Notes under the pieces: generated by a model
What the model saw: only the letters and a program-made list of their open reading frames with translations
Databases searched by the model: none
Told to the model about the DNA's origin: nothing
Assembly (NCBI RefSeq): GCF_006345805.1
Contig: NC_043000.1
Coordinates: 82,398,001 to 82,462,000, forward strand
From: Octopus sinensis
Taxonomy: Eukaryota
Length of the DNA: 64,000 bases
Direction: 5' to 3'
Program-made: the position numbers and the translations under genes
Part shown: piece after piece, positions 14,510 through 27,268 of the stretch
Position numbering within the stretch: the stretch's first letter is position 1
Layout of the letters: each line of letters starts with the position of its first letter

Positions 14510-14800
14510 TTATGTTCTGCGTTCAAATTCCGCCGAGGTAGACTCTGCCTTTTATTCTTTCGGAGTCAATAAAATCAATACCATTTGAGTTCTGTGGGCG
14601 AGGGCAGAATCGTTAGTATGTCGGACAATATGCTTAGCAGCATTTCATCCATTTTTGCATCGAGCTCAAATTCCACCGAGGTCATCCTTCGGGGGTTGGT
14701 AAAATAAATACCAGTCCAGCACTGGAGCTGATGTAATCGACTACCCCGCTACACACACACACATATTCCCGAAACAATTTCAGACTTTATGCCTATGATA
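14510..14800 (+). mobile_element. Two stacked SINE family B fragments
   Basis: GTTCAAATTCCGCCGAGG at about 14521 and a second head GGCAGAATCGTTAG...TCAAATTCCACCGAGG at about 14602-14680. Confidence 0.7.
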
Positions 14801-14819
14801 GAAAGAATTGTTGCGCATT

Positions 14820-15760
14820 TATTGTTATTAGTTTTATTAGTCTTTAACGTTATTGTTGCTATTGCTGTTACTACTGTTTTAACTCTATTGTTACTTTTGT
14901 TGTTGCTATAATTTTCAATGTTATTGTTGCTATTATTGCTGTTGCCATTACTTTTAACGTTATTACTGCCTTTGCTGTTTCTATAATTTTTAACGTTGTC
15001 GTTGCTATTGTTTTTAACGTTATTGCTACTTTTGCAGTTGCTATAATTTTTAACGTTATTGTTGCTATTGTTGTCGTTGCTATTATTTTTAACGTTTATT
15101 GATGCTATTGTTTAGCTATTACTTTTAACGTTAGTTTGCTACAGTTGCTGCTGTTGCATTTTTTGCTGGTTATTTTTTTTACCTCTTATCATTACTGTTG
15201 ATAATATTGCTTTTGTCTCCGTGGTTATCATTGCTATTGTTTTTGCGATTATTTTTGCCGTTTTTTTCTTAATATTTTTGTTGTTAAAACTGCAGCCATG
15301 GTTTTCCTTTGTTTTTATTAATAATATTTTCGTTTTGTAATTGATGTTTTTGCCATGATTTTTAGCTCGTTTTGCTTTTTATCTTTATTGTTTTGTTATT
15401 ATCGTTGTGGTTTTAGTTGTAGTTATTTATTTTCATTATATTCTTGTTTTAATTCTAATCCATTGTTACCGTTGAAGTTATTGTTGTTTTTGTTGATCTT
15501 GTGCTTGTTGTTGTTACTGCTGGTATTATCGCAGTAGTTGTTCTGATAGTGGTCTTTTATTTTGTTTTGTTTTATAGGGTGTTGTTGTGTTAATACAGCT
15601 GTTCTTGTTTTCCGTTTTTTTTTGGGGGGGGGGTTGCATTTGTAGATTTTGTTCTGTCTATTTTTCTTGTGTTTAATTGAAATATTATTTTTTGCTGTTG
15701 TAACTGTATATTTTCCTTTCATAGTTAGAGTGCTTTTGTTGTTGTTGTTATTGTTGTTGC
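14820..15760. repeat. TTG/ATT-rich low-complexity tract with a degenerate approximately 36-bp TTTTAACGTT-anchored period in its 5' part
   Basis: TTTAACGTT or a close variant recurs about 8 times between 14843 and 15135, separated by GTTGCTATT-type sequence. Confidence 0.7.
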
Positions 15761-15827
15761 TACTGTTGTTGTGGCAAGGGTTTTTATATGCAAATGTTGT
15801 AAAACTTTTTCTTTATTTATTAAATTC

Positions 15828-16205
15828 GCTGCAGACATGGTTGTGTGGTAAAACATTTGCTCCTCAGTCCCATGGTTTCGGGTTCAGTCCCATTACGCGG
15901 CACTTTTGATAAGTATCCTCTCATCGATTATAAAATACGAATGAATTTAATAGACAGAAACTGCATGGAATCGCGTTGTGTATTTGTATATGTGTATGCA
16001 TGCATGTATGCCATTGTGTTTGTCTTCTCTCTTAAAACCGGTGTTGCTTTGTTTAGCTCCTCTGTAACTTAACGGTTCGTCAGAAGATAACGATAGAATA
16101 AATACTAGACTTTAAAAATAAGTACTAGGCTCGATTTATTCGAATAAACCCTTCAAGGATGTGCCCCAGCATGGCCGCAGTCCAGTGACTGAAACAAATA
16201 AAAGA
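15828..16205 (+). mobile_element. SINE family A (diverged)
   Basis: GGTTGTGTGGTAA...GGGTTCAGTCCCA...ACGATAGAATAAATACTAG...CCCAGCATGGCCGCAGTCCAGTGACTGAAACAAA. Confidence 0.75.
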
Positions 16206-16789
16206 TAACAGATAGAATATTATGTTATTTTGCTTGCAATACTAGTTTTATTGTTACGATAGTTTCTGCTGCAGCTGCTGCGGCTGCTACTGCTGTTGTT
16301 ATTGTTGTTGTTGTTTTTGAGGTAATAGTGGTGGTGGTGGTGGTGGTGGTGGTGGTGGTTTATATTGTCGATACAATGGATGCTTCTTTTGTCTCCGTTC
16401 CTGTTAATGTTATAAAAGAGTGTACTTCACAAAGCTGTTGATTTTGTTAACTACATTTTTTAATGGAGTTATACTTGTTTACTGTTGTCAATGCTGTTGT
16501 TGATGGCGATGATGATGATGAGGAGGAGGAGGGGAGGAGTAAGAAGATGTAGTTGTTGTTATTGTTGTTGTCTGCGAGAGACGTCTTGTTATTGTTTATT
16601 CTAATTACTTTATCAACACAAGAATATCTGAGTATGTGTGTGTGCGCGCGCGTGCGTGAGTTTGTGTGTGTGTATGCCAGTATATGATTGTGTATGTGTG
16701 CTTATGTAACGATGCCCTTATGTAACCTTATGCATATATAGTCCTCTGTATGTATAAAGGCACATAAGCTTGGACATGCTTCATCGCTG

Positions 16790-17125
16790 TAGAAGAATCT
16801 CTATAGCATCGGAGTATATCTTGTCATAAATGCAAAGACGAAGTGATTGGAGAAGAATATCTAAATTGTCTTCGCTCACAGATGTTGTAGTACTATTGGT
16901 ATCTGTAGTAGAATACTCACTACTATATTCACTGATACTAACTACAGGATAAAAAAGCAGTACCATTTGAAGAATTGGCTATAATTCTGGCAGACTTCGC
17001 CAAAGCAGATAACAGGGAAAACAGGCGTATGGGAGGCATTTATTGATTTTGGCTATGTACAGTGAAACTGTCACACAACTACAACACCACCACCAACTAA
17101 TACTGGTTGAGGAGATCCATTAAGA
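16790..17125 (+). pseudogene. Highly decayed non-LTR (RTE/CR1-like) RT remnant
   Basis: Across frameshifts: CRRISIAS (cf. YRGISL), KN-L-AIILADFAKA-D (cf. xFxDFxKAFD), AMYSET, G*GDPL (cf. QGDPL), in the expected order. Confidence 0.4.
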
Positions 17126-17585
17126 CCGAGATATGTTGGTTGTCCGTTGGCTTTAAAAAAAAAACCTGCTTCCATCAAAGTCATCATTAGTATCTCAAAT
17201 TTTCAAATGCGGTACTTTACTGGAGTTACCTACCTTGACGGTTGATTTCAGATTTTAAAATCTCTTGAGGGAGATTTTGTCAACTAATTGCATGGAAAAT
17301 TCCAGCTAATCGAGTATTTTTTATCCACTACATATATAGAGCTCCACCCAGGCTGACATCAGGATAGTTAGCTACTTAGGCCAGGCATAAAATGCACATC
17401 TCTTTTCTGAATCCTACAAAGTTCGTTCCCTTCTTTCAGTCCTCTGCTCTCTTTTCCCAACCTTACAATATTCTCCTTTCATTTATCTCTACAATGTGCG
17501 CCTTCTTCTCCCAACAACTACTTTCTTTCAACCACAGCCTTGTTTAAACCAACTGGAAAACGCAGTTGAAAAATTTTAATTAACT

Positions 17586-18025
17586 TGTCGGTAAGCTAGA
17601 AGAATCGTTAGCACGCCGAGCAAAATATTTAGCAGCATTTGTTTTGTCTTTATGTTCCGAGTTCAAATGCAACCAAGGGCGACTTAAACTTTTACCCTTT
17701 GGGGTCGGTAAAATACGTATCAGTTGAGCACCGAGTCGATCTAATCGACTTAGCCCTTCCTCGAAATTATTGGTCTTGTGCTAAAATTTGAAATCATTAT
17801 GCTTATTACCTAAGGTGGCGAGCTGGCAGAATCGTTAGCACGCCGGACAATATACTTAACGGCATTTCATCCGTCTTCACATTCTGAGTTCAAATTCCGT
17901 CGAGGTTGACTTTGCTTTTCATTCTTTCAGAGTAGATAAAATAAGTTCCTGTTCGAGTGAGGAGAATATAATTGACTATTCTCCTGCCTCGAAATTTTAG
18001 GCTTTGTGCATATGGTAGAAACAGA
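17586..18025 (+). mobile_element. Head-to-tail dimer of SINE family B
   Basis: Two heads (GAATCGTTAGCACGCCG at about 17602 and GGTGGCGAGCTGGCAGAATCG at 17814), each followed by GAGTTCAAAT and the family body. Confidence 0.8.
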
Positions 18026-19235
18026 TCAAACATAATATTACCTTATTTTATTCTTATCTGCTAACTGGCAAATTTTGAACTATTTCACGCAAGATTATGA
18101 GACAAGACGTAATACAACACGTCCCTGTCGTTTTCCCAGCTCCACATCAAACCTATCTTCCATCCTGCCCTGTTCCGAAAGTAACCTCTCCTACTCGCTT
18201 AATTTCTGTGATTTCATATTTTTATTTGGCTTCAGATATTTTATTTAAGTTGTTCGGGATTTCTGCGCCACCTTCAGATTTTAGCACTTGGTTTACCAAG
18301 CGGGTAACACCTGCTCTCATTTCGGTTAACATGCAGTTTACGGTCGTAAAAAGTGTAAATAAATTGTCCTAAAAATAATGAAAGTAAACTGAAGTGGCAA
18401 TAGCGATATCCCATAATTTCATGTAAGCAATATGTGACATAACCAATGTGTAGAACGTACAGATATTTAATGTAATATGAAAATCCAATATCTATTTATA
18501 TGAGATGAAAACAATCAACATCTCAGTACTGGTATGATACACTGGAATATGTACGTCAGCTGCTATTGCTGAAATACTTAACATATCCTTTTCTAGTCTA
18601 GGCAGAAGGCCCGAATACTTAACATATCACTATAAGATACGATAAATGTAGGTGACTATGGACGTAGTATAATGAGGGAGTTCTTTATGTTGTTTTAATG
18701 AAATTCTGGGATGTTACTGTCGTCACTTCCGGTTTCTATCGCAATTTACTTCCACTTTTGTAAGAATTTACTTTCATTTTTATTGCCGAAAACTGCCTGT
18801 TAACTCTGAATCTACTATTTGTAACTTCAAATATTACTTATAACAAGAGCCAATACCAACTACTACCAATACTAATCATAGCAGCTACCACTCTCGCGAA
18901 GAAAAGTATACTGCTTTGTACCAATGTGTGCGTGAACACATTTCCATAGTGGTTCGTTTTCCGTGCAACTTATTTTGTTTTCCATATAACCCAAAGCTTA
19001 CCCAGTGTAGACATGTTGAATAGACCTATGTATTTAATGTTCAGATAAATTGTTGAAAGTAAAAGCAAATTATTGAAAAATAAAGGTTTTGTTCAGTTCT
19101 TTTGCAGAGTAAATCATTGATAAAAGCGCTGAATTTTCTCGCCTCAGTAGTTTCTATAATACCAGAATGGAACATGAACCGAATCGAACGAACTAAGATT
19201 ATATATACATATACGAACATACATATGTGTGTACC

Positions 19236-19346
<111 letters not shown>

Positions 19347-20266
19347 TAATAGGAATATATATAGAAAGGAGCATATAGGTAAATGTCTCTGTATGCATAC
19401 ATTTATGTATATATGTCAGCATATATACATACAAATATATATATATGCATATATATGCGAGTGTGTATGTGTGAACATGTATATATATATATATATATAT
19501 ATACACGCACGCACGCACACACATACACATGTATATGCGTGTGTACAGCTGTAAATATATGTACAAATATAAATACATGCATACAAACATATAAATATCT
19601 ACGCAGTCGTTTGCCATTTACAGTTTGATTCTTCCTCATCCACCTTTTCCTTTATCTTCCAAATTTTCTGATTGCCTGATGACCCATATCAAAGATTACA
19701 CCGTCTACTAATCTGTGTCGAAGTTCACATTTCTTTACATTATAGAAGCCAGCGGTCAGCAGTGATCACCGGGGGTCACCTTCGACAAAGAACACATCAG
19801 GTTAATATAATAGGTATAGTTGAAAGTAATTTCAAGGTTTTCAATATAAATTTGTGTAAAACAAGTATATGGTCAAAGAAAGCAAGCTGGTTTCGATTCT
19901 CGATTGAAATATATTTTATATTTTACAGTTATATAAATAGCATTTTATCCCATTTCACCCCATTGCTACACAACTATCAATTTCTCCCCAAAGTAACCGC
20001 TTCTCTGTCTTCGAACACGCTATTAAAAATAACAGCCAAAATGTCCTTCAAATCGCATCATACGATCTTTTAAAAAGTAAAGACATATTGGATAAGTAAA
20101 TTATAACGGAATAAATAGTGTACACACGACAGGATAATTTTTTTTTTTATCAAAGGACGGAGATGTATTTGCATAGCAAGTGACTTCATTTGAGATCGTG
20201 TGCTGCAATAAAAACAATTGCAGCGTGGAAGGTGTTTATAAGCCATTAAAAAAAACACGCACACTA

Positions 20267-20472
20267 AAAGCGCTAGATTCACTTCATCATTTAAATTTAA
20301 TTTGTGTCAAAATATTTTCTTCGCTTTGAAACCGTGACCTGTTCACTGACAAAATTTCGTACTGCTCGAGATGCGGCAAGAAATTTTGTCGGTGAACAGG
20401 TCACGGTTTCAAAGCGAAGAAAGTATTTTGACACAAATTAAATTTAAATGTTGAAGTGAATCTAACGCTTTT
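20267..20472. repeat. Near-perfect palindrome (92-bp arms, 21-nt loop)
   Basis: 20267-20358 versus the reverse complement of 20380-20472: 4 mismatches by manual alignment. Confidence 0.95.
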
Positions 20473-20552
20473 TTACATATTTTTTCTGTATATTAACTTT
20501 CACCCTGCATTTTTTTGCGCATGTGCGTATATAGATGTGTATATGAATATAT

Positions 20553-21900
20553 TTGTGTACGTATGGGTATATATACGTGTGTGTGTATGTGTGCGTGTGT
20601 GCGAACGTCAGGAATGCTACTAGGTTAGCACATTGGTCCAACAGTATAGAAGCCGTTGACTGGTTTAAAGTCATTAAGAATAAGAATAAAGCGAGATTCA
20701 CGCAATTCGATTTTTATGCCTCTATCTCTAAGTATCTGCTAGATAAAGCCCTCACCTTCGCAAGCGAATTCAGAGAAATCAGTACACAGGTTAAGGACAT
20801 GATCTTCCATGCTAGAAAGTCTTTACTCTTCAGCGAGAACGCAGAGTGGGTCAAGACTACCGATACAGAGGGTGCTTTCGATGTGAGCATGGAGTCATAT
20901 GATGGAGCATGCATATTCAATCTTGTTGAGCTATTCCTACTTGATACGTTGGGCAAGACTTTTCCTGACGTATATTTCACCATTCACAAAGATGATGCCC
21001 TAGCTTTAACCGCAAATACCAATGGACCAGCACAAGATCGGTTTAGGAAGGACATTATCCAATTGATGAAAACTTTCAGTCTTAGCATAACTACAGATAC
21101 CACCCTAACAGTTGTCAATTTCCTAGATATATCCTTAAATCTAAATAAGAATATTTAAACCTTATAGGAAGCCCAACGATAGACTTAGTTTTATTAATGT
21201 GGGTTCCTGTATTCCCCCCACCTCCGCTAGTATTTAAAAATTTAGTTACAAACATTAGCAAAAGAATTTCTAGCCTCTCCTCCAATAGGGACATTTTTAA
21301 TAGCGTTGCCCCAATATATAATAAGGCTCTAAAAGATAGTGGATTCAGCGAGGAAATAACCTATACACCTGCCACCAACCAGTCCAGTAATAAAGAAAGG
21401 AAAACACAGAAATAGGAAAACTATCTGGTTCACCCAAAGTGACTTTTAATATAGGCAAGTATTTCTTAACACTGATAGAGAGACATTTTCCAGTCAACCA
21501 TAGTTACAGAAAGCTCTTCAATAAACATAACTTAAAAATCAGTTTCAGCTCAACTACTAATTTTAAAAATATAATCGCATACAACGCACAAAAACCACAA
21601 AATGAAACCAGCTGTTCATGCAGGGATAAAAATTTGTACCCGCTAAATGGAACTTGCATGTCCGAGACCATCATTTATGAAGGGGCCCGAGACCATCATT
21701 TATGAAGGTGTCAGTTACAACATCCGTTGGAAGATCTAAGCCAAGTGTAAGCCCTACACCAACGGCAGTGAAAAGTGCAGTCTTTGTGATATGGAAAGAT
21801 GGCCCATCTGGAAAAGCAGCTTAGACCCCGCTACATGTCTAAATTCAAGAATTGAACTTTTTGGATCATGTCCATATGTGGCTAAATATTTGTTATGTTT
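20553..21900 (+). pseudogene. Penelope-like element, 5'-truncated: RT C-terminal half, thumb and GIY-YIG region with internal deletion
   Basis: RFTQFDFYASIS, AFDVSMESYDGACIFNLV, IHKDDALAL, VVNFLDISLNL, KNLVTNISKRISSLSS, YNKALKDSGF, LFNKHNLKISFS, CSCRDKNLYPLNGTCMSETIIYEG, and C-terminal KCKPYTNGSEKCSLCDME...LNSRIELFGSC; the YIG segment is absent. Confidence 0.85.
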
Positions 21901-21949
21901 TTGTTCCTCCCGAGATTACAGCTAGGATTTCTTGTATATTTTTATATAT

Positions 21950-22720
21950 TTTTTTTTACATATTTATAGAGATATTGTTTTATAGGTTTATTGCTCACAT
22001 ATTTTTTTTACAAATTTTTTTTCTGTATTTTACCTTCCACCCTGCATTTTTCCTGTGCGTACATAGGCGTGTATAGGTTTTTTTGTGCACGCGTGTGGAT
22101 TTGTGCGGGTATGTGCGTATGTACACGTGTGTGTGTGTGTGTGTGTGTGTACGGGCAAGCGAGCATGTGCGTATATAGACGTGTATATGAACCTTTTTTG
22201 TGCGCGTGTGTGTGTGTGAGCGTGGGTGCGTTTATGCATAAATTATTTTTGGCGAATGTGGGGGTGCGCATGTGTATGTTTCAAGCGAGTGTGGACGAGC
22301 ATATGCACATAGGCACATGTATGTGAGTGTGCGTACGCGCATGTGTATGTATGGACATGCGCTCATACGCGTTCGCCATGAGAATATTTACATCTTTACT
22401 TTTTATTTTTATTGCTTATTTTTTTTGCACCTTTTTACACATTTTCCTGTATTTTGCCTTTAGCACTGTTTTTTCTTGCGCATGTGCGTATATTGACGTG
22501 TGTATGAACCTTTCTTGTGCGCGCGTGTGTGTGTGTGTGTGTGTAAGAGCGTGTATGCGGGTGTGTATATATTTATATTTTTTGACGAATGTGTGGGTGA
22601 GCATGTGTGTATTTCAAGTGAGGGTGGATGAGTATATACTTATAGGCACATATACGTTGGTGTGCGGGCGCGTAAGTGTATGTATGAACATGCGCGCTTA
22701 CGCGATTGCTATGAACATTT
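21950..22720 (+). repeat. GT-rich PLE 3' region with repeated subunits
   Basis: Unit TTTTTACA.ATTTT..CTGTATTTT.CCTT..A.C...TTTTT...GCG.A at about 22006 and 22431, with a related copy at about 20469 upstream of the RT. Confidence 0.6.
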
Positions 22721-22855
22721 TTACTCCCTTACATTTACTCCCTCCCCCCTTACTTAGCGGTCATTCTAATAGCTCTTTTGTCTTAATAATGGCCAATCAC
22801 ACAGTAATTTCCTTTTGTTTAACGGTCATTTTCATAGCATTTTATACGATGGCTC

Positions 22856-22916
22856 GATAACTGAAGAGATGCCGGCGTGGGTTTCCGCACCGACATCCGA
22901 AACTCGGAGTTTTATC
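22856..22916 (+). ncRNA. Minimal type I hammerhead ribozyme (PLE-associated)
   Basis: Stem I GATAA/TTATC; core CTGAAGA; stem II GATGCCGGCGTGG-GTTT-CCGCACCGACATC (one extra C); GAAA; stem III CTC-G-GAG; GUU triplet with predicted cleavage after 22911. Confidence 0.8.
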
Positions 22917-22977
22917 ATGGCTACCGAATAATTGTCACATATTATATTACAGATATAATATATTATATATATATTAT

Positions 22978-23067
<90 letters not shown>

Positions 23068-23139
23068 GGCATAAATTTTGTTTCTTGGCTGCTGGAGATA
23101 GGTTAGAACAATATTCATGCTAGTGACGTCTACTCAGGC

Positions 23140-23288
23140 AAAAACAGCTTTTCTACAGCTGAGTGAACTGGAGCAAACTGAAATAAAGTGTCTTGCTCAA
23201 GAACACAACACGCAGTCCGGTCCAGAAATCGAACTCACAACCTCACGACCATAAACTCGACGCTCTAACCACTGAGCCATGCACCTTT
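23140..23288 (-). mobile_element. tRNA-headed CORE SINE, family C
   Basis: Minus strand: GGTGCATGGCTCAGTGGTTAGAGCG (A box) ... GAGTTCGATTTC (B box) ... GTGTTCTTGAGCAAGACACTTTATTTCAGTTTGCTCCAGTTCACTCAGCTG (CORE). Confidence 0.8.
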
Positions 23289-23361
23289 ACACACATACAC
23301 ACACGCACAAACACTCACACACACACACACAAACACTCTCACACACACACACACACATATA

Positions 23362-23403
<42 letters not shown>

Positions 23404-23564
23404 TGTATTCGATATATATATAGAGAGAGATAGATAGATAGATAGATATGACATATGTATAAGTGGAATATATGAAAAAACTAGTACACCCTAAAGGGAA
23501 ACCGTATAAACCGAGCACCTTCTAAACAACAGTGTCTGTGTAGACATGCACACTTACATATACA

Positions 23565-23627
<63 letters not shown>

Positions 23628-23638
23628 GTACATATACA

Positions 23639-23689
<51 letters not shown>

Positions 23690-23749
23690 CATTAGTTAAC
23701 TTGAATAGAGTAGAGGTTATTTGCAGAGAAAATATTTCTTTATAATAAT

Positions 23750-23892
23750 TGGTTTCAAGATTTTGGAACAAGAGCAGCAATTTAAGTCGATTACATCGAC
23801 CCCGGCGGCATTTGAACTCTGAACGTAAAGTCGGAAGAAATGCCGCAAAGTATTTCTCCCCGACGCGTTAACGATTCTGCCAGCTCGCCGCC
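23750..23892 (-). mobile_element. SINE family B (internally deleted)
   Basis: Ends with AACGATTCTGCCAGCTCGCCGCC (reverse-complement head); TTTGAACTC B box. Confidence 0.75.
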
Positions 23893-24139
23893 TATTATAA
23901 TAATTGGAGGATTTAATGACACCAGTGGCTTGATGTTTCATCGCGAGTTAGAGACGTCACATTGTTTCAGTATTAAGAAAATAGGACGTGTTATATAATG
24001 ATTAAAGGGAGTGTAAATGGATTGGGTGGTTTCTTACTGGGTGGTAGGGAATGTTGGTTTCATCGTTTTTTCATTCTTATTTTGTTTTATTTTTTTTCGG
24101 TTCAATATTTGATCGTACGTGTGTCTGTACGATTGAGCC

Positions 24140-25437
24140 TATATGACGATGTATGTATATGACGATGAATGTATATGACGATGTATGTATATGACGATGA
24201 ATGTATATGACGATGTATGTATATGACGATGAATGTATATGACGATGTATGTATATGACGATGTATGTATATGACGATGTATGTATATGACGATGAATGT
24301 ATATGACGATGAATGTATATGACGATGTATGTATATGACGATGAATGTATATGACGATGTATGTATATGACGATGAATGTATATGACGATGTATGTATAT
24401 GAACGATGTATGTATATGACGATGTATGTATATATGACGATGAATGTATGACGATGTATGTATATGACGATGTATGTATATGACGATGTATGTATATGAC
24501 GATGTATGTATATGACGATGTATGTATATGACGATGAATGTATATGACGATGTATGTATATGAAGATGTATGTATATGACGATGTATGTATATGACGATG
24601 TATGTATATGACGATGTATGTATGACGATGAATGTATATGACGATTGTATGTATATGACGATGTATGTATATGACGATGTTGTATATGACGATGTATGTA
24701 TATGACGATGAATGTATATGACGATGAATGTATATGACGATGTATGTATATGACGATGAATGTATATGACGATGTATGTATATGACGATGAATGTATATG
24801 ACGATGTATGTATATGACGATGTATGTATATGACGATGTATGTATATGACGATGTATGTATATGAAGATGTATGTATATGACGATGTATGTATATGACGA
24901 TGTATGTATATGACGATGTATGTATATGACGATGTATGTATATGACGATGTATGTATATGACGATGTATGTATATGACGATGAATGTATATGACGATGTA
25001 TGTATATGAAGATGTATGTATATGACGATGTATGTATATGACGATGTATGTATATGACGATGTATGTATATGACGATGAATGTATATGACGATGAATGTA
25101 TATGACGATGTATGTATATGACGATGAATGTATATGACGATGTATGTATATGACGATGAATGTATATGACGATGTATGTATATGACGATGTATGTATATG
25201 ACGATGTATGTAATGACGATGTATGTATATGACGATAATGTATATGACGATGTATGTATATGAAGATGTATGTATATGACGATGTATGTATATGACGATG
25301 TATGTATATGAAGATGTATGTATATGACGATGTATGTATATGACGATGAATGTATATGACGATGTATGTATATGACGATGTATGTATATGAAGATGTATG
25401 TATATGACGATGTATGTATATGAAGATGTATGTATAT
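24140..25437. repeat. 16-bp minisatellite (TGACGATGTATGTATA)n, about 80 units
   Basis: Direct reading; variants TGACGATGAATGTATA and TGAAGATGTATGTATA; three units make the 16-aa period of the spurious minus-strand ORFs. Confidence 0.98.
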
Positions 25438-25534
25438 GTACAAGAGTCTGTGTGTGAACATGTGCATAAGTGAAGAAAGTGCGTCTTTATTTGAATCCGG
25501 CTTTGAAATGTATTTTTATCATTCATGTGTGTAT

Positions 25535-25577
<43 letters not shown>

Positions 25578-25934
25578 TGTGTGTGAATTTGTGTGCTTGG
25601 GCGAGAGAGATGAAGAAGGAGAGAGATTATTCCCAAATTACAATGAAGTGAACATGAATATGTGTGTGTGTGCGTGTGTGTGCGTGTGTGTGTGAGCGTG
25701 CGTGTGTGTGAGCGTGTGAGCGTGCGTGTGTGTGTGTGAGTGTGCGTGTGTATTGTTTTAATGTCTACAGTATCTGCCAGAATTCAGTTGAGTCAAGACA
25801 AACACAAATACACACACACACGCACATACACACACATGCATGCACATGCAGACACATGCACAAACATATACACACATGCACACACACACATACACACACA
25901 CACATAACACTCATAATCCTGGATCAAATGTCTT

Positions 25935-25974
<40 letters not shown>

Positions 25975-26859
25975 CACTCATGATCCTGGATCAAATTTCT
26001 TGCCAAACAAGTGCAATTCAGAAATATAATTTATGTTGAACGGACCAAGTCCGGGTAAGCAGAGTTGGCAGACAATATCAGCTGTCAGAATCGAGAAAAA
26101 AGACAAAGAGGAAGGGAACCTTACAAAACATGGCCGTTATAAATCATGTGTACGTCGGTCCAGCTGTGTACCACTGAAGCTTAATAAAAAGATTGCGAGT
26201 TACTGAGATGAAAATAAGGAGAATAAATCAGAAGCAAAACAACAAGAACAGCAGCAACAAACACCAAACAATAAACCATATTAGGTTGTAATTTCTGTTT
26301 GTTTGTTGTTGTTTTGTGTGTGTGGGGGGGATTTTGTAAAATTTCCTCTAATGCTGGCGAAATGGGAGAGTCGTTAGAGTGTTGGATAGCTGGTATCACC
26401 ATGTTTGTTTTCGATGTCTGCACTTTTAGTTCAATTACCGATGAGATCAAATTTCTTTTATTTATTTCGAGATCGATAAAAGATACACCTGTACAGCTTA
26501 TAGACTGGCGAAACGAAGAAAATCAGATAAGATACCTTGCTTTCTTGTTCTGATTTGAGTTCAAATCCTGCCATGGCCTATTTGATCGGACCACTTAATC
26601 CCATGCCCAGTTTAGCAACACCACCGGACCCCGCGTATGCCTTTAGTAGAGTCCGTTCTGTTGCAAGGACTCAAGCCAAGACTCCCACACTCCCATCTGA
26701 GCTAAAAGATAAACAAGTTCAGAAATCTTCCTACAAAGAACTGAAATCTTAATGTTACACAACGTCTTAGTGATTTTTTTAAAAGGAATTTCATTAGTAA
26801 AGACACCTAAGGCATGGCAAAAAAAAATAGAGAGAGACATTAAATGTTAAACAAATATA

Positions 26860-27019
26860 GGCGCAGGCGGGGCTGTGGGGTAAGAAATTTTCTTCCCAAC
26901 TGCATGGTTCCAGGTTCAGTCCCACTGCGTGATACTTTGGGAAATTGTCTTCTACTATAGCCTCGGGCCGACCAAAACCTTGTGAATGGATTGGATAGAC
27001 GGAAACCGGAAGAAGCCTG

Positions 27020-27064
<45 letters not shown>

Positions 27065-27268
27065 TGTGCGTGTGTGCGTGTGTGTGTGTGTGTGCGTGTG
27101 TGTGTGCGTGTGTGTGCATGCGTGCTTGTGTGTCTTTGTGTCTGTAGTGTTTGCCAAAAGAATAAGTATCATGCTTTAAAAAAAATAAGTAGAGGTCGTT
27201 TCATTCGACTAATAATTCTTCAAGGTGGTGTCCCAGCATGGCCGCAGTGTAATGACTGGAACAAGTAA
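26860..27268 (+). mobile_element. SINE family A (full length)
   Basis: GGCGCAGGCGGGGCTGTGGGGTAAG head, GGTTCAGTCCCACTGCG, internal (TG)n, tail CCCAGCATGGCCGCAGTGTAATGACTGGAACAAGTAAAA. Confidence 0.85.

Noticed and set aside
16781-16966. Minus-strand terminal exon (SISEYSS...DILLQSLRLCIYDK) with a good-looking acceptor
   Set aside because: The plus strand shows ordered, decayed LINE RT motifs, which is a simpler explanation.
19620-20260. Possible hAT transposase remnant on the minus strand
   Set aside because: Only vague hydrophobic pattern similarity, many stops and no TIRs.
24140-25437. CRISPR-like array
   Set aside because: Units are contiguous with no unique spacers; no cas genes; eukaryotic context.
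24102-25526. 474-aa and 442-aa minus-strand ORFs (longest in the track)
   Set aside because: Pure translation of the stop-free strand of the 16-bp minisatellite (16-aa period); no coding signal.
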